DNA from: Escherichia coli
GTDB taxonomy: Bacteria > Pseudomonadota > Gammaproteobacteria > Enterobacterales > Enterobacteriaceae
Length of the DNA: 64,000 bases
Assembly (NCBI RefSeq): GCF_003334305.1
Contig: NZ_QOWS01000026.1
Strand: one strand, 5' to 3'
In this document: positions 24,319 to 32,981 of the stretch, piece by piece
Numbering within the stretch: the first letter of the stretch is position 1
How the letters are laid out: the number at the start of each line of letters is the position of its first letter
The notes under the pieces: model-generated
The model's database searches: none
Told to the model about the DNA's origin: nothing
Seen by the model: the letters and a program-made list of their open reading frames with translations, nothing else
Made by a program: the position numbers and the translations under genes

Positions 24319-24411
24319 TCATCCGATAGCATTGACGTCAATCATCAGCGCGACGATGAGTTTTTTTAATCGCATCATAGGGTGGCGACGTTCAGCACGA
24401 TTACGGGTCAT
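24319..24411 (-). CDS. Hypothetical 30-aa ORF downstream of antitoxin gene
   Basis: ATG at 24411 preceded by CAGGAG with a 7-nt spacer; translation MTRNRAERRHPMMRLKKLIVALMIDVNAIG. Below the ORF-track size cutoff; no homology assessed. Confidence 0.25.
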   Translation of the reverse strand: MTRNRAERRHPMMRLKKLIVALMIDVNAIG

Positions 24412-24496
24412 AGCAAAACTCCTGGGCAGGCGACCACTATGCCGCTTTCACAGGAGTTCTGAATGCTAGTGCTTTCTGTATGGCATAACCATGCCT

Positions 24497-24787
24497 CTAA
24501 CGGTTAAGTGCTTGCAGCACATGTTGCGGATCATTGGCAATCGCTCGCAGCAAAGCCTTTGCAGGCCCGGTCGGTGAACGTCGCCCCTGCTCCCAGTTAC
24601 GCAACGTGTCTACGCTTACAGAAATAAGATCGGCAAATTTAGATTGTGACAACCCTGAAGCGCGGCGTATTTCTTTGATTTTCATAGCATCAACTTCAAA
24701 AGTCCGCGAAGGCTGTCGCGTTCCTTCAATAATTTCATTCATCTGGGCCATGCTGTGAGTCAACCGCTCAAAAAGTGCCTTATCCAT
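24497..24787 (-). CDS. XRE-family HTH antitoxin-like protein (HigA-like)
   Basis: 96 aa ORF; ..IKEIRRASGLSQSKFADLISVSVDTLRNWEQGRRSPTGPAKALLRAI.. is a typical XRE helix-turn-helix; start directly abuts the toxin ORF stop. Confidence 0.75.
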   Translation of the reverse strand: MDKALFERLTHSMAQMNEIIEGTRQPSRTFEVDAMKIKEIRRASGLSQSKFADLISVSVDTLRNWEQGRRSPTGPAKALLRAIANDPQHVLQALNR

Positions 24788-25099
24788 TTACCACCTCGTA
24801 TTTAACAACCGGAGCATTGCTTTTTCCTGGGGAGACAGATCATCTTTAATACCCTTACGATAAATAAGCAGTAATCTGATCTCATAATGTTTAACCTGAT
24901 GAAAGTAAATAACCCTGACACCAGCACGTTTCCCCTTTCCTCCTGAAACCCATCGAACCTTTCTTAACCCACCAGTTTCAGGTATTACCTCACCATAGTC
25001 AGGATTCAAGGCCAGGAAAAACTGAAAACGACTGAATTCATCGTCGGTCAGCAGTTTTTGAACATCTTCAGTAAAAATTTCCGTTTCGATGAAGAGCAT
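24788..25099 (-). CDS. RelE/ParE-superfamily (HigB-like) toxin-like protein
   Basis: 103 aa ORF MLFIETEIFTEDVQKLL...GGLRKVRWVSGGKGKRAGVRVIYFHQ...LLLIYRKGIKDDLSPQEK...; motif pattern matches RelE-like toxins that pair with a downstream HTH antitoxin. Confidence 0.7.
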   Translation of the reverse strand: MLFIETEIFTEDVQKLLTDDEFSRFQFFLALNPDYGEVIPETGGLRKVRWVSGGKGKRAGVRVIYFHQVKHYEIRLLLIYRKGIKDDLSPQEKAMLRLLNTRW

Positions 25100-25136
25100 A
25101 ATTATACGCCATTGGCTTAGAGTAACAATCCTTTTT

Positions 25137-25153
25137 GTACGTCATTGACGTAC
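25137..25153. promoter_or_regulatory. Perfect palindrome, candidate operator of the toxin-antitoxin operon
   Basis: gtacgtcaTtgacgtac (8-bp arms) 38 bp upstream of the toxin start codon. Confidence 0.4.
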
Positions 25154-25215
25154 CCTTGAAACCACTAGCTTACTGATAGTGCTCCAGCAAAACCACGTCT
25201 CTGCCGGGTTTGTCT

Positions 25216-25240
25216 TTAGATTTGCGAGGCGCTTTCCAGA
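25216..25240 (-). repeat. Conserved upstream element, copy 3 (before toxin gene)
   Basis: Core tttgcgaggcgctttccaga at 25221..25240, about 120 bp upstream of the toxin ATG, in the divergent intergenic region shared with the esterase gene. Confidence 0.55.
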
Positions 25241-25327
25241 TTTTTCACGCCCGTGAATTTCCCTGTATCCATCCAGCAAAAACGGGTGTATAAGACTGTA
25301 CATTCATACAGCAAAATAAGTTCTACT

Positions 25328-26236
25328 ATGGCACTGGAAAAAGGAATTGCAGAGTTAGTCGAAAAGTTTATCGCTGCGGGTCGCCCCTCATCGCGTCAAC
25401 AAAGTATTGCGCAGCGCAGGGAGGGCTATATCGCCAGCGCTGTCCTTGCGGGTGAGACAGAAACGCGGGTAGATATTCAGACTATCGAACTTGAAGGGAT
25501 GACCTTACGAATAGTGTCGCCGCTGAATGCCCCGACATTACTCCCGACGATAATTTATTACTACGGTGGCTGTTTTGTTAGCGGCGGGTTCGCAACTCAC
25601 GACAACCAGCTGCGCCAGTTAGCCTATTACGGGCAATGTCGGGTTATTGCCGTCCAGTATCGGCTGGCACCGGAACATACTTTCCCCGCCGCCCATGATG
25701 ATGCGCAACGAGGTGCAGAAATAGTCTGGCAACACGCCGAACGACTCGGCGTTGATAAACAACGTATAACTCTTGCCGGTGACAGTGCGGGCGGACATCT
25801 GGCGCTGGTAACTGCTTTGCGATTAAAGCGTGCTGGCGAGTGGCAACCGGCACAACTCATCTTAATTTATCCTATGCTTGATGCGACTGCGCATTTCGAA
25901 AGCTACATACGCAATGGTCACGATTACATCATCACACGCGACACTTTACTGAGCGGCTTTGAGATGTATCTGCCAGGCATTGAACGCAGGCATCCTGAAG
26001 CCAGCCCTCTTTGGCGCGATGATTTCAATGGCTTGCCACCTGTACATATCATTACCGCTGAATACGACCCACTTTGCGATGAAGGTGAAGCGTTGTATCA
26101 CCGCATGACAGGGCAAGGAGTGCAATGCACCTGCCAACGCTACCTTGGCGTTATCCACGGATTTTTTCAGTTAGGTGGTATCAGCGAGGCCGCGCGATCG
26201 GCACTACGGGATGTTGCCTGGAGAGCGGGAAGGTAA
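25328..26236 (+). CDS. Alpha/beta-hydrolase fold esterase/lipase (HSL-like family)
   Basis: ORF track 25253..26236 (GTG); first ATG at 25328 (MALEKGIAELV...). Contains GDSAGG nucleophile elbow, acidic residue in EYDPL and His in GVIHGF; oxyanion-hole region reads YYGGCF rather than HGGG. Confidence 0.7.
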   Translation: MALEKGIAELVEKFIAAGRPSSRQQSIAQRREGYIASAVLAGETETRVDIQTIELEGMTLRIVSPLNAPTLLPTIIYYYGGCFVSGGFATHDNQLRQLAYYGQCRVIAVQYRLAPEHTFPAAHDDAQRGAEIVWQHAERLGVDKQRITLAGDSAGGHLALVTALRLKRAGEWQPAQLILIYPMLDATAHFESYIRNGHDYIITRDTLLSGFEMYLPGIERRHPEASPLWRDDFNGLPPVHIITAEYDPLCDEGEALYHRMTGQGVQCTCQRYLGVIHGFFQLGGISEAARSALRDVAWRAGR

Positions 26237-26251
26237 CTTCGGACCTGGGCC

Positions 26252-26284
26252 CTGAAAAGGTTTTCAGATTGAAAACCTTTTCAG
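26252..26284. terminator. Strong inverted repeat between convergent esterase gene and yiiD
   Basis: 12-bp perfect arms gaaaaggttttc / gaaaaccttttc with loop agatt; no clear U-tract on either strand. Confidence 0.35.
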
Positions 26285-26299
26285 TCAAGTAAAACGCCC

Positions 26300-27289
26300 C
26301 TACTCTTCTTCGTTCCCGCCCTCTTCATACGGGCCAAATGGCTTCGCGGGCAGAACGATATACGTGCCTTCAAACACTGCACCCGGCGTCTCGTCGCCAA
26401 AGATTTCAACTTGCATCTGCACCCGTGCTTTTCGTCCGCGCGCCAGACGGTCGAGATCGCCGCTTAAGGCACCAAGGTCGGCTATCGCATGAGGTTTACC
26501 GCTAATCGGCTTGCTGTAGCGGATATGCGCATCCGCCAGAATAATCGTTCCGCCGAGATGGCGTTCGCGCAGCATCAGCCAGATAAGCCCCCAACCGGTG
26601 AGCGTCGCCAGCGAGAATAAACTCCCGGCAAACAGCGTATGGTGCGGATTCTGATTGCCGGTTTCCGGCATGGTGGTGATAAATTTTTGCCCGGTATATT
26701 GTTGAATGCGCACGCCCATTTTTTCGCTTAATGGAATGTGTTCATACCACGCCTGTTGCAGCTGGGCGCACCAGTCACCGCGATGCAGAATATCATCCAG
26801 AGTGGCAACGGGTTTAATCATCAAAAAATGGCGAATCGGCGTGGTAGTTGGGGTGGTGATCTCCCCCTGATTAATGAATCCCAGCTTGGCGAAAAACTCC
26901 ACCGCGTCTTCACGGGCGCTACAGGTCACGCGCTTAACGCCTTCCTGACGCGCCACCGACTCCAGGGTCATCGCCATCAGCGTTCCTAACCCTTTGTCCT
27001 GCACGTCGGGATGAACGGCCATAAAGCGAATGGACGCTTCATTGTCGGCATTAATATACAATCGGCCTACCGCCACCAGATTACCCTGCTCGTCGACGAC
27101 CATCTGGTGATGCGCCATCGCATCCCACGCGTCGCGTTCCGAACCTTTTGGTTGATGCAGGGGCTTACGCAACATTTCCCAGCGAAACTGATAGTAACGC
27201 TCTAATTCTTCTTCTGTTTGTGGAACCCGAAGGTGATACATAGCGATACTCTCTCTTGTTTCCCGTGACAACCCTGGAAGCTGGCTCAT
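26300..27289 (-). CDS. yiiD: GNAT acetyltransferase / thioesterase fusion protein YiiD (FabY)
   Basis: 329 aa [43 protein letters not shown]..., recognised as YiiD. Confidence 0.92.
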
Positions 27290-27723
27290 ACCTGCAACCA
27301 GAATGTCACGGGGCCATCATTGACCAGCGATACCTGCATATCGGCAGCGAAGCGTCCTGTTTGCGTGTTCATCTCTTGCTGGCGGCAGCGTTCGACGAAA
27401 TAGTCATATAACGCCTCTGCGCGATCCGGTGATGCGCCTTTGGAGAAACTTGGGCGCATCCCTCGTTCGGTATCTGCGGCGAGGGTAAACTGGGAAACCA
27501 CCAGTACACTGCCGCCCGCCTGTTGCACGTTGAGATTCATCTTGCCTTCGGCATCGCTAAAGATGCGGTAGCCGAGCACACGCTCGCACAGACGGTTTGC
27601 TTTCTGTTCGTCGTCATCCTTTTCGACACCCAATAACACCAAAAGTCCCGCGCCAATTTCGCCCGTCACTTCTCCCTCCACGGTGACGCTGGCACGGGTT
27701 ACGCGTTGAATTAATGCAATCAT
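27286..27723 (-). CDS. dtd: D-aminoacyl-tRNA deacylase
   Basis: 145 aa [40 protein letters not shown]...; 4-nt overlap with yiiD. Confidence 0.95.
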
Positions 27724-28592
27724 GGTTCGTCGTCTTCTTCTTGTTCAGCTGCTTGTTTTAGTTTGCGGTATTCCCCGAGAGTGACAGTAATTTCCGCGCC
27801 AAGCAAGACGATACACCATGTCCAGTAGACCCAAACAAAGAGAATGGGGATCACCGCCAGCACGCCGTAAATGAGCTGATATGACGGGAACATGGTGATA
27901 TAAAGCGCGAAACCTTTCTTTCCTGCTTCGAACAGGAGTGCAGCGACAAACGCGCCGACAATCGCGTCGCGGTTAGGTACGCGGATGGTAGGAACAATGC
28001 TGTACAGCAACCAGAAGGAGATCCACGACAACAGCAGCGGAAAAATACGCAGCACGTTGTCGATGACAGTATTGAGATCGCTCGCCCAGCGCAGGGAGAG
28101 CAAATAGGAACTGATCGCCAGACTGGCCCCTGCCAGCAGCGGCCCCAGCGTTAAAATCATCCAGTACACGGCAAACGAGTAAATTTTTGGTCGCGCTCGT
28201 TTACTGCGCCAGATGGTATTCAACGCGCTATCGATGGAGTACATCAACAATAATGCGGTGACGATCAGCCCGCACGCGCCAACGGCGGTCATCTTGTTGG
28301 AATTGGCAACAAATTGTTCGATATACCGCTGAATAACATCGCCAGTAGCAGGCAGAAAGTTGGCAAAAATAAAGTGACGCAACTGAATGCTGACGTCGGA
28401 AAACATGGGAAAAGCGGCGAAAAGCGCAAAAACAACGGCAACCAGCGGCACTAATGAGAGCAAAGACACATAGGCAAGGTTACCTGCCAGGGTTGTCATG
28501 TTGTCCTCATCAATACGTTGCCAGAGTAGTTTTAGCCAGGCCCATAGTGGACGAGTACGGTGCCTGGCTTTGTCCTGAATGGTTTTTAGCAT
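27720..28592 (-). CDS. yihY: YihY/BrkB-family inner membrane protein
   Basis: 290 aa polytopic membrane ORF; overlaps dtd start by 4 nt. Confidence 0.9.
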
Positions 28593-29185
28593 AACACCTT
28601 CGCGAAATAGTCCGGGATGGTGGTTTTATCTTTCACCAGAATACTGGTAATGCCCAGCTGATTGGCTCCTTCTATATTATCGGCGTTATCGTCGAAAAAG
28701 ACCGTATCGCTGGGTGAAAAACCTTCCGCCTGCAAAACATGCTGGTAAATTCGTGCTTCAGGTTTGCGCATCCCCAGATCTTGCGACAGATAGATATGGT
28801 CAGCAGCATCACGAATTTCCGGGTATTCTTCCGGCCAGAAGGTGGTATGCAGGCGGTTGGTATTGGAAAGCACCACCACGCGATGCCCCTGCTCACGCAG
28901 TTTATGCATGATGGCGATCACTTCCGGGCGCAGCGCAACAAACACCGCCTGCCAGCCGTGAGAGAACTGCTCGTAGCTTAGCGGTAGAGCCATCTCATGA
29001 CACAGCGCCTCTGCGAACGCTTCGTCGCTAATTTCCCCACGCTCATGCTGATGAAACGCCTCCCCCATATGAAAACTCTTCTTAAGCGATGCCAGCGGAA
29101 TACGCGTTAAATCGCTCCAGGCTCCCAGCACACGGTTAAAGTCGATATCGACAATCACATTACCTAAATCAAAGATATAGAGCAT
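28586..29185 (-). CDS. yihX: HAD-family alpha-D-glucose-1-phosphate phosphatase
   Basis: 199 aa from ATG 29185 ([19 protein letters not shown]...) with GGAGG SD; HAD motif DxGxV at N-terminus. Confidence 0.92.
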
Positions 29186-29283
29186 TTTTGCCTCCTTTCG
29201 CGCCACAAGAAATTAACTGTAGCGGGAAAGGATGGGTTTGGCTATGTGGCAAGGTATGAAGCCAGGTTAACGGTCACAAAAAT

Positions 29284-30069
29284 CTACGCGTCTTCCTGGG
29301 GAAGAATGATTTCAATTTGGCTGTCTTGTAAGCGTGATTTTAGCGCAGCGGGCGGCAGCTCGTCGGTAAAGAGCGCAGTGACCTGTGCCACGTTACCAAT
29401 TTCAACCGCCGCCGAAGCATGATACTTAGTGTGATCGGCGACCAGCAGAATATTTCTCGCGTGCGCCATCATCGTTTTCACCACGTTAGCTTCGTTTACA
29501 TCAAACTCCATCAACGCGCCATCGCTCTCAATCGCCCCAACGCTTGTTACCAGATAATCAGCACGAAAATCAGCCACAAAGGACGCCGCTGAAGGGCCAA
29601 TGATCCCGCTATTATGAGAGCGCAACGTACCGCCGGGCACCATCACTTCAAAGCGCGGGTTGTGGTAAAGAATATGCGCCACACGCAGGCTGTTGGTGAT
29701 TATCCGCAAATGATTATGGTTAAGTAACGCCCGGGCAACATGCTCAACAGTCGTACCAATGGTGATAAATATTGTTGAACCATCAGGAATATAGTCTGCC
29801 ACCGCTTCGGCAATCGCTTTTTTTTCCTCGGTTTGCGAAACCTCACGCTGCTCGAACGCCGTATTAACGACGCTGGAAGCCCGACCCGCGCCACCGTGAT
29901 GGCGCGTAATCAGGCCTTGCTCGCTTAATTTACGAATATCCCGGCGGACCGTCTGCGTGGAGACATCCAGCAGATTTGCCAGCTCATCAATATTCATATA
30001 CCCACGCTCGGCGATCAGCATGAGGAGTTGGTCGTGCCGCGGGTTACCGGTTAGTTCGGTAAGGCTCAT
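29284..30069 (-). CDS. csqR: DeoR-family repressor of sulfoquinovose catabolism
   Basis: 261 aa from ATG 30069 (MSLTELTGNPRHDQLLMLIAERGYMNIDELA...); DeoR HTH plus sugar-binding domain; K-12 yihW. Confidence 0.92.
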   Translation of the reverse strand: MSLTELTGNPRHDQLLMLIAERGYMNIDELANLLDVSTQTVRRDIRKLSEQGLITRHHGGAGRASSVVNTAFEQREVSQTEEKKAIAEAVADYIPDGSTIFITIGTTVEHVARALLNHNHLRIITNSLRVAHILYHNPRFEVMVPGGTLRSHNSGIIGPSAASFVADFRADYLVTSVGAIESDGALMEFDVNEANVVKTMMAHARNILLVADHTKYHASAAVEIGNVAQVTALFTDELPPAALKSRLQDSQIEIILPQEDA

Positions 30070-30102
30070 GAAAATTCCTCGAAAAACCATCACCCTGGCA
30101 TT

Positions 30103-30999
30103 TTATACAAAAAGTGACAAAAAAGATCGGGTTTGATCACAGTCAGGGATCCCGGCTCGTCCACCGGGACGTGTGCATTTTAACGCCGCTACACCGCTGG
30201 CGAAGCGGACTGACTCCGCTAAATCCCCACTTGTTGCCAGCGCCACCGCCAAAGCGCCGTGAAAAACATCACCCGCACCTGTGGTATCTACCACATCAAC
30301 TTTGAAGGCCGGTTGATGCTGACGCCCACCATTTTCCAGCCAGTCGCAGCCTGCGCTACCCTGGGTCACATAGACATGACCATTTGTGAGCGTTTGTGCC
30401 TGTTTTAGCGCACTGGCCATCTCTTTCACGCCCGTTAAGCGCGCCAGACCCGGTTCTGAAAAGGCCGCGTGATCGCTTAATGCCACCAGCTCACTGATAT
30501 CCTGCGGCGTAATGTCCCCGTCCAGAACGGTCATCACACCCGCCTGACGGGCCAGGGTGAAGGCTTTTTTAGCGCCGTCGTGCCAGCGTACATCTGCCAG
30601 CACAACATCCCACTGAGAGAAATCAATTTCCTCCAACCACTCTGCGTCAGGCAGCAGATCCGGGCTGGGGTAGTTAATGATTATCCGCTCGCCTTTGGTA
30701 TCCACCATGATGGCGGATTGCGAAGATTTCGCCTGGTTATACCGTTTGGTGTAACGGGTGTTAACGCCCCAGGATTCCAGCTCTGCCAGCAGGCTGTTGC
30801 CCGTGTCGTCATCACCTACGCGACCAATAAAATCGACCTGCGCCCCCAGCCTTGCCGCCGCAACCGCTGCCGTCGCCGCTGGCCCGCCACCAACTTCCGT
30901 ATAATTTCTCGCCACGTATTTACCGCTCTCCGTCGGTAACCCTTCCACGTAATAGATGCGATCCATCACGGTTATACCTACACAAGCAACACGAATCAT
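30103..30999 (-). CDS. yihV: 6-deoxy-6-sulfofructose kinase
   Basis: 298 aa from ATG 30999 (MIRVACVGITVMDRIYYVEG...), PfkB-family kinase. Confidence 0.93.
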   Translation of the reverse strand: MIRVACVGITVMDRIYYVEGLPTESGKYVARNYTEVGGGPAATAAVAAARLGAQVDFIGRVGDDDTGNSLLAELESWGVNTRYTKRYNQAKSSQSAIMVDTKGERIIINYPSPDLLPDAEWLEEIDFSQWDVVLADVRWHDGAKKAFTLARQAGVMTVLDGDITPQDISELVALSDHAAFSEPGLARLTGVKEMASALKQAQTLTNGHVYVTQGSAGCDWLENGGRQHQPAFKVDVVDTTGAGDVFHGALAVALATSGDLAESVRFASGVAALKCTRPGGRAGIPDCDQTRSFLSLFV

Positions 31000-31052
31000 G
31001 GTCATTCCTTAAACATTTTGGGATGCGTTCATTTTAATTTCACCAATTGTTT

Positions 31053-31147
31053 AAAAAGTGACGGCTGTCAATTTTTTGACGATAAATTACAAATACGATC
31101 AAAAACAGACAAGCAAAGCATGTCATAAATGACAAAAAGTGACATCA
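31053..31147. promoter_or_regulatory. Repeated AAAAAGTGAC-type palindromic motifs in yihV/yihU divergent region
   Basis: aaaaagtgacggctgtcaatttttt at 31053..31077 and tgtcataaatgacaaaaagtgacatca at 31121..31147; a third copy at about 30108..30125 upstream of csqR. Confidence 0.5.
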
Positions 31148-31166
31148 CTGTATTCAGGAGAGGGTT

Positions 31167-32063
31167 ATGGCAGCAATCGCGTTTATCGGTTTAGGACAAA
31201 TGGGTTCGCCAATGGCGAGCAATTTATTGCAGCAAGGGCATCAACTTCGCGTCTTTGATGTGAACGCCGAAGCTGTGCGGCATCTGGTAGACAAAGGTGC
31301 GACTCCCGCCGCCAACCCAGCGCAGGCCGCTAAAGATGCCGAATTTATCATTACCATGTTGCCGAATGGCGATCTGGTGCGCAACGTGTTGTTCGGTGAA
31401 AACGGCGTTTGCGAAGGCTTATCTACCGATGCGCTGGTCATTGATATGTCCACCATCCATCCGCTGCAAACCGATAAATTGATTGCCGATATGCAAGCCA
31501 AAGGCTTCAGCATGATGGATGTTCCGGTAGGCCGTACTTCTGCAAATGCCATTACCGGTACTCTGTTACTGCTGGCTGGCGGCACCGCTGAACAAGTTGA
31601 ACGTGCCACACCGATCCTGATGGCGATGGGCAGTGAGTTGATCAACTCTGGCGGTCCGGGCATGGGGATCCGCGTTAAGCTCATCAACAACTACATGAGC
31701 ATCGCGCTCAATGCGCTTTCGGCAGAAGCCGCCGTTTTGTGCGAAGCCCTGAATCTTCCCTTCGATGTTGCCGTCAAAGTGATGAGCGGTACCGCCGCCG
31801 GTAAAGGTCACTTCACCACTTCCTGGCCAAACAAAGTCCTCAGCGGAGATCTTTCTCCCGCCTTCATGATCGATCTTGCCCATAAGGATCTTGGCATCGC
31901 CCTTGATGTCGCCAACCAGCTGCATGTGCCAATGCCGCTGGGGGCCGCCTCACGGGAGGTTTATAGCCAGGCGCGCGCAGCGGGTCGCGGTCGCCAGGAC
32001 TGGTCCGCCATTCTGGAACAGGTCCGTGTCAGTGCCGGGATGACTGCCAAAGTAAAAATGTAA
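31167..32063 (+). CDS. yihU: 3-sulfolactaldehyde reductase
   Basis: 298 aa [36 protein letters not shown]..., NAD-binding Rossmann motif GLGQMG. Confidence 0.95.
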   Translation: MAAIAFIGLGQMGSPMASNLLQQGHQLRVFDVNAEAVRHLVDKGATPAANPAQAAKDAEFIITMLPNGDLVRNVLFGENGVCEGLSTDALVIDMSTIHPLQTDKLIADMQAKGFSMMDVPVGRTSANAITGTLLLLAGGTAEQVERATPILMAMGSELINSGGPGMGIRVKLINNYMSIALNALSAEAAVLCEALNLPFDVAVKVMSGTAAGKGHFTTSWPNKVLSGDLSPAFMIDLAHKDLGIALDVANQLHVPMPLGAASREVYSQARAAGRGRQDWSAILEQVRVSAGMTAKVKM

Positions 32064-32086
32064 CGACTGGATAAAGGAATAAATGA

Positions 32087-32965
32087 ATGAATAAGTACAC
32101 CATCAACGACATTACGCGCGCATCGGGCGGTTTTGCCATGCTGGCGGTCGATCAGCGCGAAGCCATGCGCATGATGTTTGCCGCGGCTGGGGCACCCGCT
32201 CCGGTAGCCGATAGCGTTTTAACTGATTTCAAAGTTAACGCTGCAAAGGCCCTCTCGCCTTATGCCTCGGCGATTCTGGTAGATCAACAATTCTGCTACC
32301 GCCAGGTGGTTGAGCAAAACGCGATTGCCAAAAGTTGCGCCATGATTGTCGCCGCCGATGAGTTCATTCCTGGCAACGGTATTCCGGTCGATAGCGTGGT
32401 TATTGACCGCAAAATCAATCCGCTACAGATCAAACAAGACGGTGGCAAAGCCTTAAAACTGCTGGTGCTGTGGCGTAGTGATGAAGATGCGCAGCAACGT
32501 CTGGATATGGTGAAAGAGTTCAACGAACTGTGCCACTCACACGGTCTGGTAAGCATCATTGAGCCAGTCGTCCGCCCACCGCGTCGTGGCGATAAATTCG
32601 ATCGCGAACAAGCGATCATCGATGCCGCCAAAGAGCTGGGCGACAGTGGCGCTGACCTCTACAAAGTTGAAATGCCGCTTTATGGCAAAGGTCCGCAACA
32701 AGAGCTTCTCTGTGCTTCACAACGTCTGAATGACCATATCAATATGCCATGGGTGATCCTCTCTTCCGGTGTCGACGAAAAACTGTTCCCGCGTGCCGTA
32801 CGCGTGGCAATGACGGCGGGCGCATCGGGATTCCTGGCAGGCCGTGCAGTCTGGGCATCGGTCGTCGGTTTACCAGACAACGAGCTGATGCTGCGTGACG
32901 TTTGCGCACCGAAATTACAACAACTTGGCGATATCGTCGACGAAATGATGGCTAAACGCCGCTAA
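32087..32965 (+). CDS. yihT: 6-deoxy-6-sulfofructose-1-phosphate aldolase
   Basis: 292 aa ORF, class I aldolase family, recognised as YihT. Confidence 0.93.
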   Translation: MNKYTINDITRASGGFAMLAVDQREAMRMMFAAAGAPAPVADSVLTDFKVNAAKALSPYASAILVDQQFCYRQVVEQNAIAKSCAMIVAADEFIPGNGIPVDSVVIDRKINPLQIKQDGGKALKLLVLWRSDEDAQQRLDMVKEFNELCHSHGLVSIIEPVVRPPRRGDKFDREQAIIDAAKELGDSGADLYKVEMPLYGKGPQQELLCASQRLNDHINMPWVILSSGVDEKLFPRAVRVAMTAGASGFLAGRAVWASVVGLPDNELMLRDVCAPKLQQLGDIVDEMMAKRR

Positions 32966-32981
32966 GATGAGGATAAAAGGA

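Noticed and set aside
24147-24329. 60-aa plus-strand ORF in the yiiE-antitoxin interval
   Set aside because: No Shine-Dalgarno sequence, no recognisable domain, and overlaps the better-supported minus-strand small ORF; kept only as a remote alternative.
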